A stretch of 64,000 nt of DNA from Bacteroidota bacterium (GTDB lineage: Bacteria; Bacteroidota; Bacteroidia; Flavobacteriales; Flavobacteriaceae): the NCBI GenBank assembly GCA_023457535.1, contig JAEWLN010000169.1, positions 20,165-84,164 on the forward strand. Direction: 5' to 3'. The stretch's first letter is position 1. Every line of letters begins with the position of its first letter. Below are positions 8,486 to 20,200 of the stretch, one piece after another. Below the pieces are notes generated by a model. That model did no database searches. It was not told where the DNA came from and worked only from the letters and a program-made list of their open reading frames with translations. The position numbers were made by a program, and so were the translations under genes.

Positions 8486-9670
8486 ATGGTGTTTTCCAAA
8501 AAACCACTTCATTTTATAATAGCCACTTTAACCGCATGTCTTTCATTTTCTGGTTTTGCGAATCCAGTTCAGGATTCGGTTGCATCGCCTGCAAACCATC
8601 CGCATGAAACCACAGCCCATGCGGCCGCTGCTGCCGGTCATCCGGAGGCGCCGGCATTGTCTGAAGCCGATCAGAAAGAGGCAGAAAGAAAGGAGTTCAT
8701 CAAGCACCACCTTTTGGATTCGCACGATTTTCACTTGTTTTCCTACGGAAAGGATTCCGGGCATGAAAAGCACATTGGTTTTCCTTTGCCTGTTATTTTG
8801 TGGGACAACGGACTACACGTTTTTATGTCGTCCAAATTTGACCACGGTCATGCTGTGGCAGAATCGAACGGCAACTATTACATGATCGGGCACCACGACG
8901 GCAAAATCTACAAAACCGACGCTGCCGGAACGGTCAGCCACGACGAAAAAGGTCACGTAACCAATGCGCAGCCGCTTGATTTTTCAATCACCAAGAACAT
9001 CGTCATGATTCTCGTAGTAGGATTGCTGATGTTTTTGTTGTTTGCCGGTCTTGGGAAATCATACAAAAAGAACGGCTCGATCGCCAAAGGGGCAGGTCGT
9101 TTCTTTGAGCCGCTTGTATTGTATGTGCGCGACGAAATCGCTATTCCAAACATCGGAGAGAAACACTATAAAAGGTATATGAGCTTTTTGCTCACCATTT
9201 TCTTCTTTGTATGGTTCATGAACATGTTTGGCCTTACGCCGCTGGGAGTCAACGTGACGGGTAACATCGCCATCACTGCTGCGCTGGCCGTGCTGACGTA
9301 CCTGATCACCACCTTTACTGCAAAGAAGGATTACTGGAAACACATTTTCTGGATGCCGGGCGTTCCTGCACCGATGAAAATCATCCTCGCTCCGATCGAA
9401 TTGCTCGGAACGATTATCAAACCATTCTCGCTCATGATCCGTTTGTATGCGAACATGATCGCGGGCCACGTGGTTTTGATGAGTTTGATCGCGCTGATGT
9501 ATAAAGCCGATCATGCCCTCGGAAGCCCGTTGGCGTTCCTGCTCGCATTTGTGCTGACGATCCTTGAAGTATTGGTAGCGCTGTTGCAGGCTTATATTTT
9601 CACGATGCTTGCCGCGTTGTATTTTGGAGCTGCCGTTGAGGAGCACCATCACGAAGAGGCGCACCACTAA
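8486..9670 (+). CDS. atpB: F0F1 ATP synthase subunit a
   Basis: KPFSLMIRLYANMIAGH and LQAYIFTML motifs; Bacteroidetes N-terminal extension. Confidence 0.97.
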   Translation: MVFSKKPLHFIIATLTACLSFSGFANPVQDSVASPANHPHETTAHAAAAAGHPEAPALSEADQKEAERKEFIKHHLLDSHDFHLFSYGKDSGHEKHIGFPLPVILWDNGLHVFMSSKFDHGHAVAESNGNYYMIGHHDGKIYKTDAAGTVSHDEKGHVTNAQPLDFSITKNIVMILVVGLLMFLLFAGLGKSYKKNGSIAKGAGRFFEPLVLYVRDEIAIPNIGEKHYKRYMSFLLTIFFFVWFMNMFGLTPLGVNVTGNIAITAALAVLTYLITTFTAKKDYWKHIFWMPGVPAPMKIILAPIELLGTIIKPFSLMIRLYANMIAGHVVLMSLIALMYKADHALGSPLAFLLAFVLTILEVLVALLQAYIFTMLAALYFGAAVEEHHHEEAHH

Positions 9671-9739
9671 GTCGAAAGAATAAAAGTCGTAAAGTCAAAA
9701 AGGCCTTTATGACTTTGAACCTTTATGACTTTAAGACTA
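9669..9739. repeat. 7-mer periodic imperfect inverted repeat spacer
   Basis: aagtcga/aaagtcg/taaagtc... versus gactttg/atgactt/taagact. Confidence 0.6.
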
Positions 9740-9770
9740 ATTTGAATGTTTAATTTTTAATATATACATT

Positions 9771-9962
9771 ATGGAAATCCCTAGAATTATCGGAGCTGGT
9801 TTGGTAGTAATCGGTGCAGGTATCGGTATCGGAAGAATCGGTGGATCTGCAATGGATGCTATCGCGCGTCAACCAGAAGCTACTGGAAAAATCCAGACTG
9901 CTATGTTGATCGCTGCCGCTCTTATTGAAGGTATCGGTTTTGCTGCGATCTTCGCATCGTAA
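9771..9962 (+). CDS. atpE: ATP synthase subunit c
   Basis: GAGIGIG, ARQPEA, and ALIEG (ion-binding Glu). Confidence 0.97.
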   Translation: MEIPRIIGAGLVVIGAGIGIGRIGGSAMDAIARQPEATGKIQTAMLIAAALIEGIGFAAIFAS

Positions 9963-9974
9963 ATCCAAAAGACA

Positions 9975-10003
9975 AAAAGCTGTAACGGTTGGTTGCAGCT
10001 TTT
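9975..10003 (+). terminator. Hairpin after atpE (partial terminator / mRNA stabiliser)
   Basis: aaaagctgtaac-ggttg-gttgcagctttt. Confidence 0.55.
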
Positions 10004-10040
10004 GTTTACTATTACAATTAACAATTAAGACACTTATATA

Positions 10041-10541
10041 ATGGAAGAATTATTTGGACAGTTTTCGTTAGGGTTGTTTATCATGCAAACCATTTTGTTT
10101 ATCGGTTTGATTTTGCTGTTGAAAAAATTCGCGTGGAAGCCGATCCTCGACGCCGTCAACGAAAGAGAGGACGGTATCAAGAACGCGCTGCAATCTGCTG
10201 AGAATGCGCGCAGGGAAATGGCCAACCTCCAGGCAGATAACCAGAGAATTCTCAACGAAGCCCGTGCTGAGCGCGACACCATGCTCAAAGATGCGCGCGA
10301 GATCAAAGAGAAAATGATCGCCGACGCAAAAGCGGAAGCGCAAAACGCCGGACAAAAGATGATCGAGCAGGCCAAAGCGTCCATCGAAAGCGAGAAAAAC
10401 GCTGCCATGGCCCAGTTGAAAGCACAGGTTTCTTCTTTGTCGCTTGAGATCGCAGAAAAATTGTTGAAAGACGAATTGTCCAACAAAGAAGCCCAGGTGA
10501 AACTGGTCGAGAAGATGTTGGGCGACGCTAAATTGAACTAA
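10041..10541 (+). CDS. atpF: ATP synthase subunit b
   Basis: TM segment then KFAWKPIL..ERE and coiled coil. Confidence 0.96.
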   Translation: MEELFGQFSLGLFIMQTILFIGLILLLKKFAWKPILDAVNEREDGIKNALQSAENARREMANLQADNQRILNEARAERDTMLKDAREIKEKMIADAKAEAQNAGQKMIEQAKASIESEKNAAMAQLKAQVSSLSLEIAEKLLKDELSNKEAQVKLVEKMLGDAKLN

Positions 10542-10542
10542 T

Positions 10543-11073
10543 ATGTCCACAAGAGCAGCCAACCGTTACGCAAAGGCCATCCTCGACATCGCGCACAGCA
10601 AAGGCGTGGCGGGCGAGGTCAACACCGACATGGAAACCATCGCGTCCACCATTGTTGGCAATGGCGAACTTTCGGCTTTTATTGCCAACCCAACGACGAG
10701 CATCAAAGTCAAAAGCAGTGCGCTCAATGAGATTTTTGCCGGCGTAAACGGGGTCACCAAAGGACTTTTCCAACTCTTGCACGAAAACAAGCGTTTTGAA
10801 ATCCTGTCGACCATCGCGCTGGAATACAACCGTCTGTTCGAGGAAATGAACGGCATGGAAACCGCTACGGTCACCACTGCCATCCCGATGGACGCATATC
10901 TCGAAGCCAAAGTCATGACCAAGATCCTGACGTTTTCGAACAAAAAGATCAACATCAAGAATATTGTGGATCCGGCCATCATCGGCGGGTTCATCCTCAG
11001 AATCGGCGATCAGCAGTACAATGCATCGGTGGCCAACAGATTGCAAACATTAAAAAGAGAATTAAGTAATTAA
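10543..11073 (+). CDS. atpH: ATP synthase subunit delta
   Basis: RYAKA and [15 protein letters not shown] motifs. Confidence 0.96.
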   Translation: MSTRAANRYAKAILDIAHSKGVAGEVNTDMETIASTIVGNGELSAFIANPTTSIKVKSSALNEIFAGVNGVTKGLFQLLHENKRFEILSTIALEYNRLFEEMNGMETATVTTAIPMDAYLEAKVMTKILTFSNKKINIKNIVDPAIIGGFILRIGDQQYNASVANRLQTLKRELSN

Positions 11074-11087
11074 TTATAGACAGCATT

Positions 11088-12665
11088 ATGGCGGAAATTA
11101 AACCTGCTGAGATTTCAGCAATATTGAAAAAACAAGTAGAAGGGTTTGAATCTGGAGCGACACTCGAGGAAGTGGGAACCGTACTTCAGGTTGGTGACGG
11201 TATTGCACGCGTTTACGGATTGTCGAATGCACAATACGGCGAGTTGGTTCAGTTTGAGAACGGGCTGGAAGGCATCGTCCTGAACCTTGAAGAAGACAAT
11301 GTTGGTGTCGTATTGCTCGGTCCGTCAACAGGAATCAAAGAAGGTTCTACTGCCAAAAGAACGCAGCGCATCGCTTCGCTTAAAGTAGGCGAGGAGATGG
11401 TAGGCCGCGTGGTGAACACACTTGGACAGCCTATCGATGGCAAAGGTCCGATCGGCGGAACACTGTACGACATGCCGCTCGAGCGCAAAGCTCCGGGAGT
11501 TATCTTCCGTCAGCCCGTAACCGAGCCGTTGCAGACAGGTGTAAAAGCTGTCGATGCGATGATCCCGGTAGGTCGTGGCCAACGCGAGCTCGTCATCGGT
11601 GACCGTCAAACAGGGAAATCGACCGTTTGTATCGATACGATCCTGAACCAGAAAGAATTTTTTGATGCAGGCCAGCCGGTTTTTTGTATCTATGTTGCGA
11701 TCGGACAAAAAGCGTCGACCGTTGCGGCTTTGGCCAAAACGCTTGAGGAAAAAGGTGCGATGGCTTATACGGTGATCGTTGCCGCCAACGCTTCTGATCC
11801 GGCTCCGATGCAGGTATACGCGCCAATGGCCGGTGCTGCGATTGGGGAATATTTCCGCGATACGGGCCGTCCGGCACTCATCGTATACGATGATTTGTCC
11901 AAACAAGCCGTTGCTTACCGTGAGGTGTCGCTCTTGCTTCGTCGTCCACCGGGACGTGAGGCATATCCGGGTGACGTTTTCTACCTCCACAGCCGTTTGC
12001 TCGAGCGTGCCTGTAAGGTCATCAACAACGATGAGATCGCCAAGAACATGAACGATTTGCCTGAAAATCTCAAGCCGATCGTAAAAGGTGGCGGATCACT
12101 CACTGCACTTCCGATCATCGAAACCCAGGCAGGCGACGTTTCTGCGTACATCCCGACCAACGTAATCTCAATCACCGACGGGCAGATCTTCCTCGAGTCT
12201 GACTTGTTCAACTCAGGGGTACGTCCGGCGATCAACGTAGGTATCTCTGTATCTCGTGTGGGTGGTAACGCCCAGATCAAGTCGATGAAAAAAGTAGCCG
12301 GTACATTGAAACTCGACCAGGCGCAATTCCGTGAACTGGAAGCGTTTGCCAAGTTCGGATCCGATCTCGATGCCGTTACGCTGAACGTAATTGAAAAAGG
12401 ACGTCGTAACGTTGAGATCCTCAAGCAAGGTTTGAACTCACCGTTTACCGTTGAAGACCAGGTGGCCATTATCTACGCAGGATCGAAAAACCTGCTCAGA
12501 AACGTTCCGGTCAACAAAGTGAAAGAATTCGAAAAAGATTTCCTCGAATACATGAACGCCAAGCACCGCGATACGCTCGACGCGCTGAAAGCCGGAAAAT
12601 TCACAGATGAATTGACCGATGTGATCGAGAAAGTCGCGAAGGAAGTTTCAGCGAAATACAATTAA
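11088..12665 (+). CDS. atpA: ATP synthase subunit alpha
   Basis: [29 protein letters not shown]. Confidence 0.99.
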   Translation: MAEIKPAEISAILKKQVEGFESGATLEEVGTVLQVGDGIARVYGLSNAQYGELVQFENGLEGIVLNLEEDNVGVVLLGPSTGIKEGSTAKRTQRIASLKVGEEMVGRVVNTLGQPIDGKGPIGGTLYDMPLERKAPGVIFRQPVTEPLQTGVKAVDAMIPVGRGQRELVIGDRQTGKSTVCIDTILNQKEFFDAGQPVFCIYVAIGQKASTVAALAKTLEEKGAMAYTVIVAANASDPAPMQVYAPMAGAAIGEYFRDTGRPALIVYDDLSKQAVAYREVSLLLRRPPGREAYPGDVFYLHSRLLERACKVINNDEIAKNMNDLPENLKPIVKGGGSLTALPIIETQAGDVSAYIPTNVISITDGQIFLESDLFNSGVRPAINVGISVSRVGGNAQIKSMKKVAGTLKLDQAQFRELEAFAKFGSDLDAVTLNVIEKGRRNVEILKQGLNSPFTVEDQVAIIYAGSKNLLRNVPVNKVKEFEKDFLEYMNAKHRDTLDALKAGKFTDELTDVIEKVAKEVSAKYN

Positions 12666-12740
12666 TCAATTTGATAATTTGGAAATTTGGAAATGACAGA
12701 TCTCATTTTCAAATTTTCAAATTATCTCATTTTCAAATTA
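12666..12740. repeat. 8-mer periodic imperfect inverted repeat spacer
   Basis: tcaatttg ataatttg gaaatttg gaaatgac ... ctcatttt caaatttt caaattat ctcatttt caaattat. Confidence 0.7.
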
Positions 12741-12744
12741 TAAA

Positions 12745-13608
12745 ATGGCAAACTTAAAAGAAATCCGCAACCGGATCGCCTCTGTCTCATCGACGATGCA
12801 AATTACCTCGGCGATGAAAATGGTATCGGCTGCGAAGCTCAAAAAAGCACAGGATGCGATCACTGCGATGCGTCCGTATGCCGAAAAAATGACCGAGTTG
12901 CTGCAAAATCTTTCCGCAACGCTCGACGGTGATGCCGGTGGCGAATTCACCGCACAGCGCGAGGTAAAGCGCGTTCTGGTTGTGGCCATCACGTCTAACC
13001 GCGGATTGGCCGGCGCGTTCAACTCGAACGTGATCAAAGAACTGCGCAACCTCACGGAAAACGTTTATGCGGGCAAGCAGGTCGATTTTATTACCATCGG
13101 TAAAAAAGGAAATGACATCGTGCGCAAGAACGGAACCGTGGTGTTCAACAACAACAGCGTGTTCGACAACCTGACGTTCGAGAGCGTTTCAGAAATTGCC
13201 AACGAAATCACTGCGTTGTTTTTGCAGGGCAAGTATGACAAAGTGGTTTTGGTGTACAACCAATTCAAGAATGCCGCTACACAAGTCATCCAGTCTGAGC
13301 AGTTTTTGCCGTTGGCCCCGATCGCATCGGACAAACCGGTAAGCAATGTGGATTACATTTTTGAGCCATCCAAAGAGGAAATCGTGCTCGAGCTGATCCC
13401 GAAAATGCTCAAGACCCAGCTTTACAAGGCCATCCGCGATTCATTCGCCTCCGAGCACGGCGCGCGTATGACCGCTATGCACAAAGCGACAGACAACGCG
13501 ACCGATCTCAGGAACCAACTCAAACTGACGTACAACAAAGCGCGTCAGGCAGCCATTACCGGTGAAATTCTTGAAATCGTGGGCGGTGCGGAAGCACTTA
13601 ACGGATAA
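12745..13608 (+). CDS. atpG: ATP synthase subunit gamma
   Basis: QITSAMKMVSAAK and YNKARQAAITGEILEIVGG. Confidence 0.98.
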   Translation: MANLKEIRNRIASVSSTMQITSAMKMVSAAKLKKAQDAITAMRPYAEKMTELLQNLSATLDGDAGGEFTAQREVKRVLVVAITSNRGLAGAFNSNVIKELRNLTENVYAGKQVDFITIGKKGNDIVRKNGTVVFNNNSVFDNLTFESVSEIANEITALFLQGKYDKVVLVYNQFKNAATQVIQSEQFLPLAPIASDKPVSNVDYIFEPSKEEIVLELIPKMLKTQLYKAIRDSFASEHGARMTAMHKATDNATDLRNQLKLTYNKARQAAITGEILEIVGGAEALNG

Positions 13609-13629
13609 AAATAGTCTTTTCAAATACAG

Positions 13630-13658
13630 GAGCCGACCTAAAGTCGGCTCTTTTTTTT
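13630..13658 (+). terminator. Intrinsic terminator of atp operon
   Basis: gagccgac-ctaaa-gtcggctc followed by T8. Confidence 0.85.
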
Positions 13659-13722
13659 ATCCCCTATCCAACGTACGCAAACCCAAAGAATTGCTTATTT
13701 TTGTGCATCTTAACCCAGCACT

Positions 13723-15237
13723 TTGAGCCTATATAAAAAATTGTTTCAGCAAACGGCCATTTACGGGCTGGCGACGGTATTTCCGCGGATGATCAGTTTT
13801 TTTCTCGTGCCGCTTTACACCGATTTGCTGCCAAAGGAAGCCTACGGAAAAGTGACGATCATCTTTTCGTACCTGATCTTCTTCAACGTCATTCTCGCCT
13901 ACGGCATGGAAACCGCATTTTTCAGGTTTTACAACAAGGAAACCGATAAGCGCAACGTGGTGGAAACCTCAATGGTGTCGATTTTTTGGACTTCGGTTGC
14001 CTTTCTGGGCATCGGGCTAGTGTTACGTAACACACTGGCGGCGTGGTCCGGCATCGATGTGCAATACATTACCTATACGGTCTGGATTTTAGTGCTTGAT
14101 GCCCTGGTCGTGATCCCGTTTTCCAAGCTGCGCGCTAACCAGAGGCCGCTGTTTTACGCGATGGTGAAGATCGGGAACGTGTCGGTCAATTTGCTGCTCA
14201 ATTTGTTTTTCCTGATCGCTTTGCCGCGTTTGGCCACATCCGATCCCGACGATTTTTACAATATGATCTACGTCGAGGATTTCCAGGTCGGCTATATTTT
14301 CGTGTCCAACATCATCGCGAGCCTGCTTACTTTTCTGGTCCTGTTCCCCGATTATCTCAAGATGCGCTGGCATTTCGACGCGCGTTTGTGGAAGCAGATG
14401 ATGCGCTACGGCCTGCCGATCCTCATCGCGGGAATTGCGTTTGCGATCAACGAACAATTCGACAAAATCCTGCTCGGGCAACTCCTGCCTGCGGATGTCG
14501 CCGATGCGCAAGTAGGAATTTACGCGGCCTGCTACAAACTCGGATTGTTTATGGTGCTGTTCCGGACGGCTTACACGCTGGGGATCGAACCGTTCTTTTT
14601 CAGCCACGCGGCCAGCGACAACGCGCGCGAAACCTATGCGACCGTGACCAAATATTTTGTCATTTTCGGTTCGCTGATCATGCTTGGCGTCATCGTTTTT
14701 GCCGATGTGATCAAAGTGCTCATGATACGCGACAGTTCCTACTGGGAAGCGATGAAGGTCGTGCCTTTGATCATCCTGGCCAATTTTTTCCTCGGGATCT
14801 ACACCAATTTATCGGTTTGGTACAAGCTGATCGATAAAACACATATCGGCGCCTGGATTTCGATCGTAGGGGCGGCCGTCACGCTCGGGCTCAATTTTGC
14901 GCTGATCCCGTATTTCGAAGCCCGCGGGCACAATGGCTATATGGGTTCGGCCGTAGCCACGCTTGCCGCATACGGAGCGATGATGGCCCTGTCTTATACG
15001 TTGGGAAGGAAGCAATACCCGATTCCGTACGACGGCAAAAAAATCGGCGCTTATCTTGGCTTGTCGATTGTGTTTTCGTGCATTTCGTTTTACGGATTCC
15101 GCGAGAATTACCTCGTTGGCATCGGATTGCTGCTGCTCTATATAGGCGCGATTTATTACGGCGAGCGACCGACATTACAGCGCATTTTGACCCGACGCGC
15201 CAAAGCATCGGGCCCAGCTCCCAAAACAGAATTATAA
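13723..15237 (+). CDS. Polysaccharide flippase (Wzx/MOP superfamily)
   Basis: Multi-TM protein; [25 protein letters not shown] motifs. Confidence 0.88.
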   Translation: MSLYKKLFQQTAIYGLATVFPRMISFFLVPLYTDLLPKEAYGKVTIIFSYLIFFNVILAYGMETAFFRFYNKETDKRNVVETSMVSIFWTSVAFLGIGLVLRNTLAAWSGIDVQYITYTVWILVLDALVVIPFSKLRANQRPLFYAMVKIGNVSVNLLLNLFFLIALPRLATSDPDDFYNMIYVEDFQVGYIFVSNIIASLLTFLVLFPDYLKMRWHFDARLWKQMMRYGLPILIAGIAFAINEQFDKILLGQLLPADVADAQVGIYAACYKLGLFMVLFRTAYTLGIEPFFFSHAASDNARETYATVTKYFVIFGSLIMLGVIVFADVIKVLMIRDSSYWEAMKVVPLIILANFFLGIYTNLSVWYKLIDKTHIGAWISIVGAAVTLGLNFALIPYFEARGHNGYMGSAVATLAAYGAMMALSYTLGRKQYPIPYDGKKIGAYLGLSIVFSCISFYGFRENYLVGIGLLLLYIGAIYYGERPTLQRILTRRAKASGPAPKTEL

Positions 15238-15247
15238 TTTGAAAGAT

Positions 15248-15682
15248 ATGACCATTAAAATCGTCAACCAATCACAGCACGCGCTGCCCCATTATGAGTC
15301 CGACGCATCGGCCGGAATGGATTTGCGCGCCAACCTCGATGCGCCCGTAACGCTCGGCCCACTCGAGCGTGCGATCATCAAAACCGGATTGTTCATCGAA
15401 CTGCCCGCAGGGTTTGAGGCCCAGGTCCGTCCACGGTCAGGGCTGGCTGCCAAAAAAGGCGTAACGGTGCTCAATTCGCCCGGAACGATCGATGCGGATT
15501 ATCGCGGTGAAATCGGGGTAATTTTAGTAAATTTATCCAATGAACCATTTGTGGTCGAAAACGGCGAACGCATCGCCCAGCTCATCATCGCAAAACACGA
15601 ACGCGCCGAGTGGCAAACTGTAGACGTTTTGACCCAAACTGTTCGCGGAACGGGCGGATTTGGCTCGACCGGTGTGAAGTAG
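15248..15682 (+). CDS. dut: dUTP diphosphatase
   Basis: [32 protein letters not shown]. Confidence 0.97.
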   Translation: MTIKIVNQSQHALPHYESDASAGMDLRANLDAPVTLGPLERAIIKTGLFIELPAGFEAQVRPRSGLAAKKGVTVLNSPGTIDADYRGEIGVILVNLSNEPFVVENGERIAQLIIAKHERAEWQTVDVLTQTVRGTGGFGSTGVK

Positions 15683-15755
15683 ACTGTCAATAACTAAATC
15701 AAAACTGTGCAAACGTTGCGAAAAACTTCGTGAACTTTGCGGTAAAACCAAATAC

Positions 15756-16766
15756 ATGAAAATCATCGTTCCAATGGCCGGACGCGGTTCGCGCCTCAGA
15801 CCTCATACTTTAACAGTTCCCAAACCACTGATCCCGATTGCCGGCAAACCCATCGTGCACCGGTTGGTAGAAGACATTGCCGGGGTGATCAACCAGCAAA
15901 TCGATGAGATCGCGTTCATCATCCACAAAGATTTTGGTCCGCAGGTCGAAAAGGATCTGATCGCGATTGCAGAAAAACTCGGCTCAAAAGGCACGATCTA
16001 TTACCAGAATGAAGCACTCGGAACCGCGCATGCGATCCTGTGTGCAAAGGATTCGATGTCCGGACCTATTGTGGTGGCATACGCCGATACGCTGTTCCGC
16101 GCCGATTTCACGCTCGATACTACAGCCGACAGCGTGATCTGGGTCAAGCAGGTGGAAGATCCGAGCGCGTTTGGCGTCGTACAGCTCGACAGTGAAAACC
16201 GCATTGTGGATTTTGTCGAAAAACCGAAGGAATTTGTGTCGGATCTGGCCATTATCGGGATCTACTATTTCAAATCGGGCGAAACTTTACGCGCCGAATT
16301 GCAATACCTTTTGGATAACAACGTTGTAAAAGGCGGCGAATACCAACTCACGGACGGACTCGAGAACATGAAGGTCAAAGGGCTCAAATTTGTGCCGGGC
16401 AAAGTAGACGAGTGGATGGATTGCGGCAACAAGAATGTAACGGTCGAGACCAATTCGCGTTTGCTGGGCTTTTTGCAAACCGATGGTGAAAACCTCGTGT
16501 CGGACAGCGCGCGTATCGAAAACGCCACGATCATTCCACCGTGTTTTATCGGCGATGATGTGGTTTTGATCAATTCGACGGTAGGTCCGAACGTATCGCT
16601 CGGAAAAGCAACGCATGTAACTGATTCGACGATCAAAAATAGCCTCGTGCAAACGCATGCGCACATCAGGAACGCGAATTTAGACAACGCGATGATTGGC
16701 AACCACGCATCGTTTGACGGTAATTTTACAAGCATCAGCATTGGTGATTATTCAGTTTTGGAATAG
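15756..16766 (+). CDS. Sugar-phosphate nucleotidyltransferase with C-terminal hexapeptide region
   Basis: MAGRGSRLRPHT..PKPL, EKP, WMDCG. Confidence 0.9.
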   Translation: MKIIVPMAGRGSRLRPHTLTVPKPLIPIAGKPIVHRLVEDIAGVINQQIDEIAFIIHKDFGPQVEKDLIAIAEKLGSKGTIYYQNEALGTAHAILCAKDSMSGPIVVAYADTLFRADFTLDTTADSVIWVKQVEDPSAFGVVQLDSENRIVDFVEKPKEFVSDLAIIGIYYFKSGETLRAELQYLLDNNVVKGGEYQLTDGLENMKVKGLKFVPGKVDEWMDCGNKNVTVETNSRLLGFLQTDGENLVSDSARIENATIIPPCFIGDDVVLINSTVGPNVSLGKATHVTDSTIKNSLVQTHAHIRNANLDNAMIGNHASFDGNFTSISIGDYSVLE

Positions 16767-18098
16767 ATGAAAAAGGGATTGTGGATAGCGGTTTTGTTGG
16801 TTTCGGGTGTGCTTTCGGCGCAAACCGAGCCGGAAGACATTGCCTATAACGCCACCGAATTCCAGGATGCCTTTTACGAATCGCTCAAGCAAAAAGGCAT
16901 CGAAAATTACGACAAAGCGATCGCCTCGCTCGAAAAATGCCAAAAGCTTGAACCCAATAACGCCACGGTCATTTTTGAACTCGGCAAGAATTACCTGGCG
17001 CTCAAGGATTATAAAAAAGCGTACGAATCCTTTGAGAAAGCCGCCAAAATCGACCCGATGAATAAATGGTTCTGGGTGGGCATGTACGATGTTTGCTACG
17101 AAACCCGCGACTGGGAACAGGCCATTGTCATTGTCAACAAACTCGTTGCGTTCAAGCGTGAATACAAAGAAGACCTGGTGTCATTGTACATGAATACCCA
17201 ACAGTTCGACAAAGCGCTTTTGCTGATCAACGAGCTGAATGAGACCGTCGGCAAAACCGATATGCGCGAGAATTACAAAATGCAAATCCTGCGCGACACC
17301 AAATACCAGGGATCTGAAAAGGACAACCTGCTGGCGGCGATCAAAAAGAATCCCAAGGATGAAGCCAGTTACATCGCATTGATTTACATGTATTCTGAAA
17401 GCAACCAGGAAGACAAGGCGGTCGAAATTGCCAAACAGCTCGAGCGCGAAATTCCCACATCCGATTTTGCGCAGGTGAGCCTTTTTAAAGAGCATTTGAA
17501 CCGCGGCGATGGCGCCAAGGCGGCCAAATCGATGAACATGGCATTGGCCAGCGAAAAGATCGACCAAAAGATCAAACACCGCATGCTCAACGAATTTTTG
17601 ATTTTCGTTAAGGACAAGCCGCAGTTCGAACCGGATCTGGACAATGCGATAGGCTATTTCAAAGACGATAAGCAGGTGCCTGTAGCGCGTGAGATCGGCA
17701 AATTTTACCACGCCAAAAAAAACTGGGACAAGGCGGCCAAATATTACGAAATGCATCTGGGCAGCGCATCGGACGATGTGGAAACCACATTGCTGTTGTT
17801 TGAAGCATATACGCAAAAATCACAATTCGATACGATGGGCAAGCGCGCTGAGGCGATGATCGAGCTTTATCCGCTACAGCCGCAATTCTACTATTATGCC
17901 GGACTGGCCTATAACCAGCAAAAGAATTTTAAAAAAGCCAAAGATTTGCTCGAAATGGGCCTCGATTACCTGGTCAATGACACGGCACTTGAGATCAATT
18001 TCAACATCCAGCTGGGGGAAGCCTATAACGGATTGGGCGACATGAAAAAGAAAGAAGCTTATTTCCAGAAGGCCGATAAGCTGTTAAACAAAAAATAA
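16767..18098 (+). CDS. Secreted TPR-repeat protein
   Basis: Signal peptide followed by multiple TPR motifs. Confidence 0.85.
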   Translation: MKKGLWIAVLLVSGVLSAQTEPEDIAYNATEFQDAFYESLKQKGIENYDKAIASLEKCQKLEPNNATVIFELGKNYLALKDYKKAYESFEKAAKIDPMNKWFWVGMYDVCYETRDWEQAIVIVNKLVAFKREYKEDLVSLYMNTQQFDKALLLINELNETVGKTDMRENYKMQILRDTKYQGSEKDNLLAAIKKNPKDEASYIALIYMYSESNQEDKAVEIAKQLEREIPTSDFAQVSLFKEHLNRGDGAKAAKSMNMALASEKIDQKIKHRMLNEFLIFVKDKPQFEPDLDNAIGYFKDDKQVPVAREIGKFYHAKKNWDKAAKYYEMHLGSASDDVETTLLLFEAYTQKSQFDTMGKRAEAMIELYPLQPQFYYYAGLAYNQQKNFKKAKDLLEMGLDYLVNDTALEINFNIQLGEAYNGLGDMKKKEAYFQKADKLLNKK

Positions 18099-18868
18099 TG
18101 AACAAATACATAGCAGGGTTGGCATTGGTCGCATTGTGCGCGTGCAAGACCGCAAAACCCGTTGCCACTACTACGGAAAAAACCATTGAAAAAACCGGAT
18201 CTTCCAACGTCATCGCCGGACATTACGCAGTGCCGAGACAGTTTTCGACCGCGTACATCAAGGCATCGGTTCGGTATGAGGACGCCAGGAACAAACAAAA
18301 CGTATCGGCAGAAATCCGCATCAAAAAAGACGAAACAATTCTGGTCAGCGTTCGCGTACTCGGCATCACGATGGCCAAGGCGCTGATCACCCCGCGTGAG
18401 GTAAAATATTACGAAAAGATCAACGGCGAATATTTCGAAGGCGATTATGCAGCCCTGACAAAATTCCTGGGCACCGACCTGGATTTCCAGAAAGTGCAGA
18501 ATTTGCTGATCGGACAGGCGATGGACGATCTCAACGCCACGGCTTTCACCACGTCGACTGAGAACAATCTCTACAAATTGGAAAGCCGCGCCGGCAACGT
18601 CAAGCAATTCTTTTTTGAACCTGCGCAGTTCTGGCTTGTAGGCCAACGCATCGAGCAGCCGGAAAAACAGCGCAGCATGCAGGTCAATTATTCCAATTAT
18701 GTGACGGCAGGTGCGGCAGTATTCCCCAGGTCGCTGCTCATTGACGCGCTGCAACCCAAAGGAAAGACCACCATTGAGGTCGATATCCAGTCGATCGATG
18801 TGGACCGGCCGCTTACGTTCCCGTACAGCGTTCCCGGCGGTTATGAAAGAATCCAGATAAATGATTAG
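18098..18868 (+). CDS. DUF4292-family lipoprotein
   Basis: Lipobox LCAC, DFQKVQNLLIG, FPYSVPGGY; located between TPR gene and envC. Confidence 0.8.
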   Translation: MNKYIAGLALVALCACKTAKPVATTTEKTIEKTGSSNVIAGHYAVPRQFSTAYIKASVRYEDARNKQNVSAEIRIKKDETILVSVRVLGITMAKALITPREVKYYEKINGEYFEGDYAALTKFLGTDLDFQKVQNLLIGQAMDDLNATAFTTSTENNLYKLESRAGNVKQFFFEPAQFWLVGQRIEQPEKQRSMQVNYSNYVTAGAAVFPRSLLIDALQPKGKTTIEVDIQSIDVDRPLTFPYSVPGGYERIQIND

Positions 18869-18888
18869 ATTTGCCTAAACCAATGTAT

Positions 18889-20148
18889 ATGCCCAAACAG
18901 CTATTGACCCTGATTTTTTTGTGCGTTTCATGTTTTGCGTGGAGCCAGCAAACGCAGGAAAAACTCGAAAAACGCAAAGCGCAGATCCTCAAGGAAATTC
19001 AAGAAAAGGAAGCGCAGTTGCAGGAGTACCGTTCGCAGGAGAAATCCGTCAAGAGCCAATTGGAACTGCAGCGCGAGAAAATCCAGCTCAAACAAAAACT
19101 CATCAGCACCACTGAGAAGCAAACCAAGGTGCTCAACAACGACATCTACATCAACCAGGTCAACATCAACCGGCTCAAAAAGGAATTGGAAATCCTCAAG
19201 GAAGATTACGCCGAGATGATCCTCAAATCGTACAAAGCCCGGTCCGAGCGCAGCCGCGTGATGTTTTTGCTGTCCTCGCAAAACTTCCTTCAGGCGTATA
19301 AACGCGCGCAATACATGAAGCAATACGCGAGCTACAGACGCGCCCAGGGCCAGGAAATCGTAGAAAAATCCAAAGAGCTCGAAGACCGGACCCAGCAAAT
19401 CGTTGTCCAAAAGGACGAAAAGCAAAAGCTGCTCAAAGAGAACGAAAAGGAAAAGCAAATCCTCGAAAAGGAAAAGCAGGAGCAGGAGGAAGTGGCCAAA
19501 GCGATCAAGAAATCAAAAAACCAGGTCGCCGCAGAAATCAGGAAAAAGCAACAGGAAACCAAGGCCATCGACCGCCAGATCGATAAGTTAATCCGCGAGG
19601 CCATCGCCGCTGCGAATAAGAAAACCGCGGCTGCAAACAAAAAGGCCAATCCAAAATCGACCACGCCGGCCAAGACCAAAGAGGTCGAAACCGCTACTAA
19701 AATCGTCCTTACGCCAGAGGGCAAAATCATCGCCGACAACTTCAGGTCCAACAAAGGCCGCCTGCCATGGCCGGTTGAAAAAGGGTTTGTATCGCTCGGA
19801 TATGGCGACCAGCCGCATCCCGTGTACAAATCGCTCGTCGTACACAATTCAGGCGTCGAGATCACCACCGATCAAGGTGCCAGTGCGCGCGCGGTTTTCG
19901 ACGGTGAAGTCATCAAAGTCATGGTCCTTTCGCCGGTCAACCGCGCGGTCATGATCCAGCACGGGGATTATTTTACCGTGTACCAAAACCTCTCGAGCGT
20001 CAATGTCAGCAAAGGCGACAAGGTCAGGATCAAGGAAACCATCGGCAAGATCCGCACCAACGGCGACACAGGCAAGACCGTGCTCAAATTCACGATTTCG
20101 CAAAATACCACCTATAACAATCCCGCGGGTTGGTTGTCCAATATGTAA
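18889..20148 (+). CDS. envC: Murein hydrolase activator EnvC-like (coiled coil + degenerate M23)
   Basis: Long coiled coil, NKGRLPWPV, IQHGDYFTVYQNL; lacks the HxH zinc motif. Confidence 0.85.
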   Translation: MPKQLLTLIFLCVSCFAWSQQTQEKLEKRKAQILKEIQEKEAQLQEYRSQEKSVKSQLELQREKIQLKQKLISTTEKQTKVLNNDIYINQVNINRLKKELEILKEDYAEMILKSYKARSERSRVMFLLSSQNFLQAYKRAQYMKQYASYRRAQGQEIVEKSKELEDRTQQIVVQKDEKQKLLKENEKEKQILEKEKQEQEEVAKAIKKSKNQVAAEIRKKQQETKAIDRQIDKLIREAIAAANKKTAAANKKANPKSTTPAKTKEVETATKIVLTPEGKIIADNFRSNKGRLPWPVEKGFVSLGYGDQPHPVYKSLVVHNSGVEITTDQGASARAVFDGEVIKVMVLSPVNRAVMIQHGDYFTVYQNLSSVNVSKGDKVRIKETIGKIRTNGDTGKTVLKFTISQNTTYNNPAGWLSNM

Positions 20149-20172
20149 AATAAGAACCGTTTAAAATCAAGG

Positions 20173-20197
20173 GCCGGAATCATTTTCCGGCTTTTTT
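20173..20197 (+). terminator. Intrinsic terminator
   Basis: gccggaa-tcatt-ttccggc followed by T6. Confidence 0.8.
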
Positions 20198-20200
20198 ATT

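Noticed and set aside
8486..13608. atp operon lacking atpD and atpC
   Set aside because: The split of atpDC from atpBEFHAG is normal in Bacteroidetes.
15706..15746. Short (c)ttgcg/cttcgtg/ctttgcg repeats between dut and the nucleotidyltransferase
   Set aside because: Too short and degenerate to call, though possibly a remnant of another small intergenic repeat family.
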